Shown: piece after piece, positions 52,948 to 63,459 of the stretch
Layout of the letters: each line of letters starts with the position of its first letter
How positions within the stretch are numbered: position 1 is the stretch's first letter
Origin: Candidatus Nomurabacteria bacterium RIFCSPHIGHO2_01_FULL_37_25
GTDB lineage: Bacteria; Patescibacteriota; Minisyncoccia; Phycocordibacterales; UBA9973
NCBI GenBank assembly: GCA_001786765.1
Contig: MFTH01000016.1
Span: forward strand, 21,666 to 85,665
DNA: 64,000 nucleotides
Direction of reading: 5' to 3'
Translations under genes and position numbers: made by a program
The notes under the pieces: generated by a model
What the model saw: only the letters and a program-made list of their open reading frames with translations
What the model was told of the DNA's origin: nothing
Databases searched by the model: none

Positions 52948-53767
52948 AAAAACAAAAAGAAAGAAATTTTTTAGTGTTATATTTATTCTTATTTTTTTAT
53001 TTATTTTTATTTATTTTAGGTCGGGTATTTTTTATGGGTTGTCTTACGCGAGTCATATCATTTTTCGTCCAGTTTTAGTTTTAGGAAATAATATTGGTGA
53101 TAAATTTGTTAATATTAAATCGTATTTTATTTCTAAAAATTCTCTCTATCTGCAAAATCAAAATTTACAATCTGAAATAACTGAAAATAAAATCAAAATT
53201 TCAAATTACAATTCTATTTTAGCTGAAAATATTAATCTCAAGGAGATTTTAGGGCGCCTGCCTGCGCAGACAGGGGAAAATGGAAAAACAGTTACGACTT
53301 TAGCTGTTATTTTATCTAAACCAAACCAAAGTTTTTATAATACGCTTGTTATTGATGCAGGTATAAATGAGGATATAAAAGTAGGAAATATAGTTTTTGC
53401 CCTAGGTCATAGCCAGACGGGCGAGGTATTAAGCAATGTGCCCATTGGACGCATAGTTGAAACTTATTTAAATTCTTCTAAGGTCATTTTGTTTTCAAGT
53501 CCGGGCGAGAAAACACAGGTGATAATATCAGGCAAAGATGTTTTTTCGGAGATTATCGGGCGAGGAGGAGGAGGTAATTTTGAAATGATAATGCCTCAAG
53601 ATTTCACATTAGCAAAAGGAGATCAAGTGGTTTTACCCGGTATTGTTCCTTATGTTTTAGGTATTGTAGAAACGATAATTTCCGACCCGCGTGATTCTTC
53701 TGTCAAAGCGTTACTTGTAAGTCCAGTAAATATTCAGGAGTTGAAGTTTGTAGGGGTAAAGTCATAA
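52916..53767 (+). CDS. mreC: rod shape-determining protein MreC
   Basis: TM anchor, coiled coil, beta-barrel domain with GDQVVLPG. Confidence 0.7.
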   Translation: MGIKMSYLLDKKTKRKKFFSVIFILIFLFIFIYFRSGIFYGLSYASHIIFRPVLVLGNNIGDKFVNIKSYFISKNSLYLQNQNLQSEITENKIKISNYNSILAENINLKEILGRLPAQTGENGKTVTTLAVILSKPNQSFYNTLVIDAGINEDIKVGNIVFALGHSQTGEVLSNVPIGRIVETYLNSSKVILFSSPGEKTQVIISGKDVFSEIIGRGGGGNFEMIMPQDFTLAKGDQVVLPGIVPYVLGIVETIISDPRDSSVKALLVSPVNIQELKFVGVKS

Positions 53768-53813
53768 AAATAATTGCATTTTTTTTGATACTTGTTATAA
53801 TAATTTCACTTTA

Positions 53814-55223
53814 ATGCCAGAGAAAAAAACTAAAAAAATAAAAAAACAGGGAAAGAATTGGAGAAAATTTTGGAAACTGGGAGTTCCTGAATTTAATACT
53901 CAATATTTTGACGTGACCAAAGATGGAGAGCTAGTGGTGCAGGAAGGAAATTATATTTATAATTTGAATGAAATTATAAAAAAATACGGCACGCCCACTG
54001 AAATAGTTTTCCCTTTTATTTTAGAAGAACGTCTGGAAGATTTACAAGATTACTTTCGCGCCTATATGAAAATAGGAGGATATCGTGGTAAATTTTATTA
54101 TCATTACCCGATGAAAGTGAACCAGAATAAAGAGTTTATCATGCCACTCATTTCTGAAGGAGCGCATATGGAGGTTGGTTCAGTCAATGAGCTATGGCTG
54201 ATAAAAAAGCTCTGGGAAGCGGAGAAATTTCATTCTAAAATTCGAGTATTTTGTAATGGACCGAAAACTGAAACATACATAGAACTTATAGAAGAATTAC
54301 GGTCTAAAAATCTTTCCATTGTGCCTATCATAGAAGACGAGCATGAACTTGACAGATTGTCTAAATATAAAGGAGATGTGGGTATTCGGGTTAATTTAGA
54401 TACTAAAGCAGACACTCACTGGGATAAAAAAGTTGACCGTTTTGGTTTCTCAAGCAAGGAACTTTTGGATTTACCGAAAATGAAAAATTTAAAAGTTCTT
54501 CATTATCATATAGGTTCACAGATTAATACTGCCGGAAGCGTGCTCAAGCCTATCGAAGAAGCAATGAATCTATATATAAAATTACTAAAAAATCAACCGA
54601 ATTTGGAAACACTAGATGTCGGTGGTGGCTTTGGTGTTCCGTATGAAAAAAAATCTTTTTATGGAGCAAAAAAAGTTTCAGAACAGATAGTTAAACTTCT
54701 AAAGAAAATGAGTGATAACGCTGGCATTAAACATCCAAATCTGGCAGTAGAGTGGGGGCGTTATATTGTAGCTCCAGCGCAGGTTACCATTTATAGTATT
54801 ATCGCAGAAAAACCAATTCCAAAAGCAAATGCCAAATCCTGGTATGTAATTGATGGAAGTTTTATGAATGATCTTCTGGACACTTGGGCTATCCACCAAA
54901 AATGGCACATAGCGCCGGTCAATCATGCTAATACAACAGCCCTAAAGAGCGTATGGCTAGCGGGAAGTTCTTGTGATTCAGATGACAAATATACCTCCGG
55001 GGGTAGTTATGTATTGATGCCTAAGTTAAAAGAAGGGGAAACACAATATTTGGCAATTTTTGATACTGGCGCTTATCAAGACGCGCTCGCTTCTCATCAC
55101 TGTCTTCTTTCTTCTCCCACCAAATTGATTGCTCAAGATGGGACAATAAAGATTGCTCGCAAAAGAGAAACAGCTGATTCTATCGCTAAACTTTTTGGCT
55201 GGAATAATGGAGACCATAAATAG
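53814..55223 (+). CDS. PLP-dependent decarboxylase, fold type III (Orn/DAP/Arg decarboxylase family)
   Basis: DRFGFS (KFG-like), HYHIGSQ, GGGFGVPY signatures. Confidence 0.65.
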   Translation: MPEKKTKKIKKQGKNWRKFWKLGVPEFNTQYFDVTKDGELVVQEGNYIYNLNEIIKKYGTPTEIVFPFILEERLEDLQDYFRAYMKIGGYRGKFYYHYPMKVNQNKEFIMPLISEGAHMEVGSVNELWLIKKLWEAEKFHSKIRVFCNGPKTETYIELIEELRSKNLSIVPIIEDEHELDRLSKYKGDVGIRVNLDTKADTHWDKKVDRFGFSSKELLDLPKMKNLKVLHYHIGSQINTAGSVLKPIEEAMNLYIKLLKNQPNLETLDVGGGFGVPYEKKSFYGAKKVSEQIVKLLKKMSDNAGIKHPNLAVEWGRYIVAPAQVTIYSIIAEKPIPKANAKSWYVIDGSFMNDLLDTWAIHQKWHIAPVNHANTTALKSVWLAGSSCDSDDKYTSGGSYVLMPKLKEGETQYLAIFDTGAYQDALASHHCLLSSPTKLIAQDGTIKIARKRETADSIAKLFGWNNGDHK

Positions 55224-55237
55224 TTTGTAAAATAAAA

Positions 55238-55690
55238 ATGCAAAAAAGATTTTCTATTTTTATAATTATTTTTTTCTTTTTAGCGGGATTTTTTTTAATT
55301 AATCAGCCTTCTAAAAATTTAAAGGCTGAAAATATTAAAGAAGTGGAAATAGCTGGAGTTAATATTAAAGTTGAACTCGCTTTAATTCCAGAAACCCAAA
55401 TACAAGGACTCTCGGACCGACAATATCTGAATAATAACGAAGGTATGCTATTTGTTTTTGATTATCCAGACAAATATCCTTTTTGGATGAAAAGTATGAA
55501 TTTCGCAATAGATATTATTTGGATCGGGAAAGATATGAATGTAGTTTATATAAAAAAATATGCTCGACCGGAAGAATATCCTAATACTTATATTCCTGAT
55601 AAAGATGCCAAGTATATCTTAGAAGTTGTAGCAGGTTTTTCCGATAAAAATAATCTACAAGTTGGAGATAAAATTAAGTTTACATATTGA
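55238..55690 (+). CDS. DUF192 (COG1430) domain protein
   Basis: EGMLFVFDYPDKYPFWMKSMNFAIDIIWI. Confidence 0.65.
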   Translation: MQKRFSIFIIIFFFLAGFFLINQPSKNLKAENIKEVEIAGVNIKVELALIPETQIQGLSDRQYLNNNEGMLFVFDYPDKYPFWMKSMNFAIDIIWIGKDMNVVYIKKYARPEEYPNTYIPDKDAKYILEVVAGFSDKNNLQVGDKIKFTY

Positions 55691-55712
55691 TAATTTATGG
55701 TATGATTGTATC

Positions 55713-56194
55713 TGGTCCTGCATTGGATAGCTACTATTACCCGCCTTCGCTTAGGCTATGGCGTGGTGATAGAGGAAAGTCCGAACACAGACCAGTTCTT
55801 TTTTAAAAGAGTTGGTAGCATGGTAGTGGGTAACGCCCACATATAGCAATATATAGGTGCGAGCAGAGACGTCTTAATTCGAAAGAATTAAGATATCCAG
55901 TAATGGATAAATCTTTATATAAACTCAGGGCTTGCCCTGAGCGAAGTCGAAGGGTGAAACGGCTAAATCCTTACCTCTGTGCAAGATCGTGCCCCGCCCT
56001 CTTGAGTGCTGAACTTTATGTTTGCAATATATTTAGTCAGATATTTTGTAACGTTGAATTGAAAAAGTTTATATTGAGCACTCAAGAGGGCGGGGAGAAT
56101 CGCTTGAGCCCGAGAGTAATCGAGGGCCTAGATAAATTGCTATCTATTTTGTTTTAACAAAATACACAAAATTCGGCTTATAGATGCAAGACCA
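55713..56194 (+). ncRNA. rnpB: RNase P RNA (bacterial type A-like) with an unusually long 19-bp helix insertion
   Basis: P4 5' strand GAGGAAAGTCCGAAC (55772) pairs with the 3' strand TTCGGCTTA (56172), keeping the conserved bulged U. GGGTAACGCC and AGGGTGAAACGG motifs. The P18 region GCTTGAGCC...GGCCTAGATAAAT closely parallels E. coli GCUUGAGCC...GGCCUAGAUGAAU. P1 is TGGTCCTGCAT / ATGCAAGACCA. GNRA hairpin CTTAATTC-gaaa-GAATTAAG. Confidence 0.65.
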
Positions 56195-56303
56195 AAAAAA
56201 TGAAAAATCCTCTCGCAAGAGAGGATTTTTCTGTGTTATTATGTCAAAATTTATTTGACGACTAAAACTGTTTTGTTGTATTATATAAACATAGTAAATT
56301 ACT

Positions 56304-57530
56304 ATGCTCACAGAGAATTTTAAAAATTTTAATAACTTACTAGAAACTCGTAAAGTCGAGCAGAGAAGACATGAAGAGATACTTTTAGAAAAATTAGAAA
56401 TTGGTGGTAATTGTGATTTGTTTGATGGCTCAACTTTAGAACTTCTTGGTAAAATTTTACAGGATACTGAGGAAAAAGGTTTAATGAGATTAAAGGTTTT
56501 TAATAACGTTATTAATTGGATTGTTCCTAAAATGGCAGGTGTTGGTACTGGAGCGGTTGCTATGGACGAAGGAAGTAAATATGCAGCTGAAATAGCTAAG
56601 GGGTATCTTAGAGAAAAAATGTTATTAGAGGTTGGAAGCAAAAATGTTCCTATGCCAAGTAAAGCTGTTGAAACAATTACTCAGCAGGTTACTCAAACAG
56701 ACTTTTTTGGTACCTTAAGAGATACGGTTAACTCAATAGCTAATACTGCGCAGGCTGCGCTTGTTCATGCAACAGAAAAAGTTCAAGAAGGCGGAGCGAT
56801 GGCCGTAAATTATGCTTCAGAAACATTTATAAACAATATTGCTGGTCCCACAACCGAGATGCTTTCAAAACCACCCCTTGCTGTCGGAGCTTTTCTTTTA
56901 GGCGCTGGTATTGTAGGTGGTGGGCTAAGCATGATTCATACTATGCGTGAGCGGTCGGGGTTTGGATTGATAGACAACCTGATACAAAAATCATATGAGT
57001 TTATTGAAAATGGTAAAATATCAGAAGATAGCCATGACCCTAGGCTTGACCTAATTGCATATTTCAAAAATGTGTCCGAAGACCCTAAACATCTTGGACA
57101 TAAACTTTCACAAGAAGAATGGTTGATATTCGCTGGGTCAGTACGTGCTGCTCGCGCAAGTGTTCTTCATGATATGACACAGGCTCCACGTATTGTTGTA
57201 GGGGAGGAAGTAAAAGAAGGAATAAATAGACAGGAAAAAATTGTTGAAGATATAGTTAGCAACCAACAAGCTCTTGCTGAATCTGATATTGCATTAGCGA
57301 CAGAGATACTTTCACAGTTCGGTGAACATCTTGGAAAAGATATAGACCCAATTAAGCAAAAGTTAAAATATGACAACAATCTTTTACCAAAGATTAGTTT
57401 ATATAGTAAGGTTTTTATACGAGGTGGTTTTGATGCTACTGGTATTCCAATGGCATGGCGAATAGCGACCTTTGGATTTAAAAGTGCGCACAAAGCCGCA
57501 CGTGTTGCTACTTTCGGTGCGATACCTTAA
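56304..57530 (+). CDS. hypothetical protein, 408 aa, compositionally GC-shifted
   Basis: No recognisable motif. One predicted TM segment PPLAVGAFLLGAGIVGGGLSMI. Confidence 0.4.
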   Translation: MLTENFKNFNNLLETRKVEQRRHEEILLEKLEIGGNCDLFDGSTLELLGKILQDTEEKGLMRLKVFNNVINWIVPKMAGVGTGAVAMDEGSKYAAEIAKGYLREKMLLEVGSKNVPMPSKAVETITQQVTQTDFFGTLRDTVNSIANTAQAALVHATEKVQEGGAMAVNYASETFINNIAGPTTEMLSKPPLAVGAFLLGAGIVGGGLSMIHTMRERSGFGLIDNLIQKSYEFIENGKISEDSHDPRLDLIAYFKNVSEDPKHLGHKLSQEEWLIFAGSVRAARASVLHDMTQAPRIVVGEEVKEGINRQEKIVEDIVSNQQALAESDIALATEILSQFGEHLGKDIDPIKQKLKYDNNLLPKISLYSKVFIRGGFDATGIPMAWRIATFGFKSAHKAARVATFGAIP

Positions 57531-57548
57531 AAATTAATAAAAAAATAT

Positions 57549-57890
57549 ATGAATGAAAATAAAATAAATGATTTTATAAATTCTTTTTCTAACGAGATTC
57601 TTCAAGAGTCCGGAGTTAGCACGGAAGGAACCGAAACGTCCAAGCGCTTATTGGAAGAAGTAGAAAACAGGGTAGTAGCACGACTTTTTCTTGAAATGGT
57701 GGCGTTACTTACTCCTGAACAGGCGAGTCGCGTTACAAAGGACATTAGTGAAGATGATACAGATCCCGCAAAGCTTATGGAGAGTATGGGGCATGAGATT
57801 CCTGAATTTCATATTCGTATGGCGAAAGCTCTGCAGTCATTGAGAGGAGAACTTATAGAGGATTTTAAAAAACTTACAGAACAAAAGTAG
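57549..57890 (+). CDS. hypothetical acidic protein, 113 aa
   Basis: ORF only. Confidence 0.3.
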   Translation: MNENKINDFINSFSNEILQESGVSTEGTETSKRLLEEVENRVVARLFLEMVALLTPEQASRVTKDISEDDTDPAKLMESMGHEIPEFHIRMAKALQSLRGELIEDFKKLTEQK

Positions 57891-58113
57891 TAAATAATTA
57901 AATCTATAAATGATTCCAAGCTATTGGGATGTTACGGAAGAATTGACAAATTCTTATAATATGTTATAGTGTGTGAAATGTGAAAGTTCTTTGATATTCC
58001 GTGACAACAAAGAGGACATTAAAAAAATAATAAAAAAGTGTCTTCTTTGTTGCCACGGAAAATACGATTGCAACTGTTTTCTCAATCCTGAGAAACAAAA
58101 AGAAGGAGGAGTT

Positions 58114-58899
58114 ATGAAGTCTTGGTCTAAAATAATGACGTGGTTCCTTATTTCCTTTATACCGCTTTATACGATCTGGTACTGCTATGAGTTTTCTGAG
58201 GACGATTTTTCTAAAGGAAAAAATCGCGTTGGTCTTTTTGAATACACAATAGCGGGGGGAAATGAAGGGGGAGGAGAGTCCATCGTTTTACAAAAAACGA
58301 TGTGGCCTGCTGAAACAGTGATAATGGACCTTTTTGGAGTCTGGGAGGTCAGAACTTGGCAGGGCAACGAACAGGTTCAACTGGCACCTCATCTGCGTGA
58401 TCAGATGGTGGATTTGTTGGTTGAAGCGTCGCGTAAAGATCATATACGTTTTCCTTTTCAGAATAGGTGCGTGTATGTTCTAACAGAGAGAGGACTTCAG
58501 AGGATTGGGAAAGAAGAGACCTGCTATATAAACAATATAGCAGTGGGGATGGAGTTATACATTCCCGGAAGGAAGTACGAGGTTCACGTTTTCCTTTCGA
58601 AAGAAGGGAGGGTGATCAAAACTCTTGCGCAATATAACGAGGCGGAAGAACGAGGTACTATAGCCGCTCTCAACATATTGCATGCAGAGAATCGTCTTAT
58701 CCCCCTTCTTGACCAGGCCCACCTTTCTGATCTTATCTTAAACATTGAGTGGGGAGAGAGGTTGGGAGTGGATGTGGGGGGAAGAGTTTCGTCAACTCTT
58801 CAAACATGTGATAGTTGCGACTTGGTCCTTATGAGGATAAGGGCCAAGACCCCGGTTGACTTAGCTGACAATTTATGGGGGAGACTAACAAGCAAGTGA
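58114..58899 (+). CDS. hypothetical membrane-anchored protein; ATG preceded by strong SD AAGGAGGAG
   Basis: MKSWSKIMTWFLISFIPLYTIWY signal-anchor. GC-shifted. The ORF track extends it to 57973 with a Cys-rich leader. A hairpin ACGTCCCG...CGGGACGT follows the stop. Confidence 0.4.
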   Translation: MKSWSKIMTWFLISFIPLYTIWYCYEFSEDDFSKGKNRVGLFEYTIAGGNEGGGESIVLQKTMWPAETVIMDLFGVWEVRTWQGNEQVQLAPHLRDQMVDLLVEASRKDHIRFPFQNRCVYVLTERGLQRIGKEETCYINNIAVGMELYIPGRKYEVHVFLSKEGRVIKTLAQYNEAEERGTIAALNILHAENRLIPLLDQAHLSDLILNIEWGERLGVDVGGRVSSTLQTCDSCDLVLMRIRAKTPVDLADNLWGRLTSK

Positions 58900-59102
58900 G
58901 AAGAACGTCCCGCCATCGGCAATGCCATGTCGGGACGTCCCTATTTATGAACTATTCAACAGAAATGTGGAATGTTGCACCAAGAGATTGAATCAAGAAT
59001 GGGAATAAATTTACACTTTCAAAGATTTATGTTATTATAAAATTAATTTTCAAAAGCCCTAGGGCTTTTTTGTTTAATTAGTAAAAAGAAAAATTTTTAA
59101 AA

Positions 59103-60935
59103 ATGGAAATTAGAAATATAGCGATAATAGCTCACGTGGACCATGGCAAGACTACCTTGACTGATGCTCTAATGAAGCAAAATGGCGGATTTCAGGACGA
59201 GGGAATATCCATGGATTCTAACGCTCTAGAGAAAGAGCGCGGTATTACTATTTACTCAAAAAACACATCTATTTATTATAAGGGTACTAAAATAAATATT
59301 GTAGATACTCCCGGCCACGCAGATTTTGGTTCGGAGGTAGAACGTGTTCTGCGCGCTGTCGATTCAGTTTTACTATTAGTAGATAGTGTTGAGGGACCAA
59401 TGCCTCAAACTAGATTTGTCTTAAAAAAATCTTTAGAGTTAGGGCTCAAGCCGATAGTGGTTATAAATAAAATAGATAAAAAAGCTTCCGAGCCAGAGAG
59501 AGTGCATAATGAAATTTTGGAATTATTTTTTGAATTGGGCGCAAGTGAGGAGCAAGCAAATTTTGAGACAATTTATGCTATTGGTCGTGAAGGCAAGGCA
59601 TTTAGGAATTTAGGAGAGAAATCCACTGATCTTTCTCCTCTTTTAGATATAATTTTAGAAAAAGTATCACCAGCCATAACTAAAGAAGATGAAAAAATGT
59701 CTGCCCAAGTTTTTAATTTAGGATATGATAATTTCTTAGGTAGGCTCGCAGTAGCGCGAATTTATTCTGGAACAATTTTTACGGGAAACGCTATTTTTAT
59801 CAAAGGAGAAAATGCAACACGCAAAGGCAAGATAACAAAGCTCTTTTCTTTTGAAGGCATAACTAGAAAAGAAGTTGCTTCTGCCACCTCTGGCGATATT
59901 GTTCTTTTGGCTGGCATCCCGGATATCTATATAGGTGAGACATTGTGTGATGATGAAAATATGAAACCACTGCCTCATATTGCTATTGATGAACCAACAC
60001 TCTCTTTAAATTTTTTGGTAAATAATTCTCCATTTGCGGGTCGCGAAGGGAAATTCGTCACTTCAAGACAGATCAAAGAGAGATTAGAAAAAGAACTTGA
60101 AATAAATGTCGGATTGAAAGTTGATTTTTCTCCATCTATGCCGGCAGATTCAAATCAAAATAATCAGCAAAAGTCAGGACCAAATTTCTTCAAAGTCTAT
60201 GGACGAGGAGAGCTCCATATAGCAATCCTCTTAGAATATATGCGCCGAGAAGGATTTGAAATGCAAGTTTCTCAACCGGAAGTTATTATAAAAAATAATA
60301 ATGGAGTTAAAACGGAACCTTATGAAGAATTAGTTATTGATGTTCCGATGGAGTCAAGTGGCAATGTGATAGAAAAAATCAGCAAGCGACGTGGCATTAT
60401 GAAAGATATGGCAGAAAAAGAAAATATAGCCAGAATTATTTTTGATATACCGACACGCGGACTTTTAGGCTATCGTGGAGAATTTATTATAGATACTAAA
60501 GGAGAAGGAATAATGAGTTCGAGGGTTACAGGATTTAAAGAATATGCGGGAGAAATAAAAAAACACAAATTTGGTTCTATGATTTCTATGGTTTTTGGCA
60601 AAGCTGTGGCTTTCTCTCTTGCAAATTTACAGGAACGCGGTATTCTTTATGTAGAACACGGAACAGAGGTTTATGAAGGTATGGTCATCGGGAATGTTTT
60701 GAAAGGAGAAGATATGTCAGTCAATCCGACAAAAGGAAAACAACTTACAAATATGCGGGCTTCTGGCACAGATGAAGCGGTAGTGTTGAATCCTGTTTTT
60801 ACTTTAAGCATAGAACGAGGATTAGAAATTATGAATGAAGATGAATATCTAGAAATAACCCCAAAATCTGTGCGACTTCGCAAAAAATATTTAACCGAGT
60901 TGGATAGAGCCAAGACTAACAGGATTGCTTTATAA
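59103..60935 (+). CDS. typA: translational GTPase TypA/BipA
   Basis: [32 protein letters not shown]-like domains. Confidence 0.9.
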   Translation: MEIRNIAIIAHVDHGKTTLTDALMKQNGGFQDEGISMDSNALEKERGITIYSKNTSIYYKGTKINIVDTPGHADFGSEVERVLRAVDSVLLLVDSVEGPMPQTRFVLKKSLELGLKPIVVINKIDKKASEPERVHNEILELFFELGASEEQANFETIYAIGREGKAFRNLGEKSTDLSPLLDIILEKVSPAITKEDEKMSAQVFNLGYDNFLGRLAVARIYSGTIFTGNAIFIKGENATRKGKITKLFSFEGITRKEVASATSGDIVLLAGIPDIYIGETLCDDENMKPLPHIAIDEPTLSLNFLVNNSPFAGREGKFVTSRQIKERLEKELEINVGLKVDFSPSMPADSNQNNQQKSGPNFFKVYGRGELHIAILLEYMRREGFEMQVSQPEVIIKNNNGVKTEPYEELVIDVPMESSGNVIEKISKRRGIMKDMAEKENIARIIFDIPTRGLLGYRGEFIIDTKGEGIMSSRVTGFKEYAGEIKKHKFGSMISMVFGKAVAFSLANLQERGILYVEHGTEVYEGMVIGNVLKGEDMSVNPTKGKQLTNMRASGTDEAVVLNPVFTLSIERGLEIMNEDEYLEITPKSVRLRKKYLTELDRAKTNRIAL

Positions 60936-60969
60936 CTTTTAAAAATTAACAATTTTCAATTAAGTCATT

Positions 60970-61998
60970 ATGTCAATAATATCTTTTAAGCCTAAAAAAG
61001 TTACTAAAAAAATAACCTCACGGTTAACTCCTCGGGCATTTGATGTTATTATGAATCGCTTTGGTTTAACTTCTGATGGAGAGAAGAAAACTCTTGAAGA
61101 GATTGGCAAAAAATACAAAATTACAAGAGAACGTGTGCGTCAACTTGAGGACGCGGCCTTAAGTTTTGTTAAAAAGTCTGATGTTTATAAAGGAGAACAA
61201 GCTGTTTTTGATGAACTTAAGGCTTTGATGTATAAGTTAGGGTCAATTGTTGCCGAACATGAGTTATTGCCTTATATTTCAAAAGACAAGGAAACTCAAA
61301 ACCATATTAATTTTTTTTTAGTATTGTCTGATATCTTCAAAAAACACCGTAAAGACGACCATTTTCATACTCGTTGGAGCATAGACAATGAAATGACTGA
61401 AAAAGTGCACGAAGCTCTGCGAAAACTTTATGCAAGTTTGAATGACGAAGACCTTATGTCTGAAACAGAAATGATCAAGAAATTCTTTGATCACCTGGGA
61501 GGGTTGTCGGAACAATATAGAGATGAAGAAATTGCTCGAAGGTGGCTTTCAATATCTAAAGTTGTAGTCAAAAATCCTCTTGGCGAATGGGGTAAAGCAT
61601 CTTCTCCGAACATTCGTATTCGGGGGGTAAGAGATTATGCTTTTTTAGTTATGAAAAGGCACGGGACACCTTTGCATTTTAAAGAAGTTGCGGATTCTAT
61701 TTTTAGAGTTTTTAATAAGAAGATTCATTATGCCACATGTCACAACGAACTTATCAAAGATTCAAGATTTGTTTTAGTCGGTAGGGGAATGTACGCTCTC
61801 TCTGAATGGGGTTATAAAAAAGGCATTGCTCGTGAAGTTATTGCGAACATTTTAAAGCGAGAGGGACCATTAAATAAAGAAGAAATAATTAAAAGAGTAA
61901 ATAAAGAAAGATATTTCAAGAAAAATACTATTTTAGTGAATCTTGTAAATCAAAAATACTTTAAGAGGAATAAGGATGGACTTTACACTATAGTTTAG
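60970..61998 (+). CDS. protein with an N-terminal sigma-70 region-4-type HTH and a ~260-aa unknown C-terminal part
   Basis: FDVIMNRFGLTSDGEKKTLEEIGKKYKITRERVRQLEDAALSFVKK matches the sigma70 r4 consensus. No regions 2 or 3. Confidence 0.5.
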   Translation: MSIISFKPKKVTKKITSRLTPRAFDVIMNRFGLTSDGEKKTLEEIGKKYKITRERVRQLEDAALSFVKKSDVYKGEQAVFDELKALMYKLGSIVAEHELLPYISKDKETQNHINFFLVLSDIFKKHRKDDHFHTRWSIDNEMTEKVHEALRKLYASLNDEDLMSETEMIKKFFDHLGGLSEQYRDEEIARRWLSISKVVVKNPLGEWGKASSPNIRIRGVRDYAFLVMKRHGTPLHFKEVADSIFRVFNKKIHYATCHNELIKDSRFVLVGRGMYALSEWGYKKGIAREVIANILKREGPLNKEEIIKRVNKERYFKKNTILVNLVNQKYFKRNKDGLYTIV

Positions 61999-62053
61999 AT
62001 ATCTGAAGCCTTTTTTGCTTTATTTTTTTTATTTTTTGTATTAAAATACAGGT

Positions 62054-63448
62054 ATGAGTGATTTCTTTGAAGCTGTGGAGAATATGCTAATAGAACATTG
62101 GCTAAAGATTGTGGTTTTAATCCTCATTTATTTTGCGTGGAAGCTTAATTTAGAAAAAGAAATATTAGCCTTTCTGGGAGTAGTATTGTTGGGTAAGTTG
62201 GCTTGGATTTGGTGGCTTCATTACATACAACAGGATTTTATTTCCGGTATTGATTTCGTTTTGCTTGAAATTATTCCTCCGCGTGAAGTTTTACGAAGCC
62301 CTAAAGCAATGGAGTTCTTTATTACCAACGCTCTTTTTCATCATAGTTTTAAAGGCGGGAAAGAAGAATTTTGGCAGGGAGCGGTTTGGTTTTGGTTTTC
62401 ACTAGAGATTGCTTCTATTGATGGACAAGTGCATTTTTATATTCGCACGCCGACTCGTATTCGTGGTTTGATTGAAACACAAATGTATGCGCAATATCCC
62501 CAATCACAAATCAAAGAAGTGGAGGATTATACTTTAGGAGTTCCAGAAATAACTCCGGAAGGTGAATGGAATGGTTGGGGATGTGAATTTGCATTATTAA
62601 AACCAGATGCATTCCCAATTAAAACTTATGTTGATTTTGGATTAGATGAAGACCCAAAAGAAGAATATAAAATTGACCCTATCTCTCCTTTGATAGAACT
62701 TTTTGGGGCATTGGAAAAAGGGGAGCAAGCTTGGATGCAGATTGTCGTTACGCCTGCCGACAAGACTAAAATATGGCGAACTAAAGGCACTTGGTTTGGA
62801 AAACACGGATGGGTTGAAGAATCTGTATTGAGAATATTAAAAATACAAGCTCCTTATGCTGCCCGCAGGGATGTGAAAGAAGATGGTTCAGGAGGCAGAA
62901 TAGAAATTCGTACGCCAGATCATTTAAAAAATGCAGTAAAAAAAATTAATGAAAAAACTAATAAGCTTGGTTTTGAAACTGGTATAAGAGTAATGTATGT
63001 CGCAAAAAAAGATATATATCCAGTTGGCACTAGAACCAATACCTCTAGAAATATTCGTTTAATATTTCGGCAATATACAAATCCAGATTTAAATGGTTTG
63101 AATCGTATAAATTCAACTCAAGCAGATATTTATGGCAGTATATTTATGGCTTCTAAAAAGACAGTGATGATCTTAGCCAATAGAATGCTTCATGAATATA
63201 GAGAACGAGCCTTTTTTCATCTTCCTTTGAGGCATCATATTTTTGCTAAACCTTATTGGAATTGGCCTATTCCAAACATTCTTACACTAGATGGCGTAAT
63301 TGTGGCATACGCTCATCCTCATACTTTTGTTTTAAATACAGAAGAATTAGCGTCACTGTGGCATTTTCCAGGTCAAATATTGAAAGTCCCTACTTTGGAA
63401 CGTATTGAATCTAAAGAAGCTTCTCCACCAACAAATTTGCCTATATAA
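62054..63448 (+). CDS. hypothetical membrane protein, 464 aa
   Basis: Two N-terminal TM helices. No family assigned. Confidence 0.4.
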   Translation: MSDFFEAVENMLIEHWLKIVVLILIYFAWKLNLEKEILAFLGVVLLGKLAWIWWLHYIQQDFISGIDFVLLEIIPPREVLRSPKAMEFFITNALFHHSFKGGKEEFWQGAVWFWFSLEIASIDGQVHFYIRTPTRIRGLIETQMYAQYPQSQIKEVEDYTLGVPEITPEGEWNGWGCEFALLKPDAFPIKTYVDFGLDEDPKEEYKIDPISPLIELFGALEKGEQAWMQIVVTPADKTKIWRTKGTWFGKHGWVEESVLRILKIQAPYAARRDVKEDGSGGRIEIRTPDHLKNAVKKINEKTNKLGFETGIRVMYVAKKDIYPVGTRTNTSRNIRLIFRQYTNPDLNGLNRINSTQADIYGSIFMASKKTVMILANRMLHEYRERAFFHLPLRHHIFAKPYWNWPIPNILTLDGVIVAYAHPHTFVLNTEELASLWHFPGQILKVPTLERIESKEASPPTNLPI

Positions 63449-63459
63449 TATTATATATA

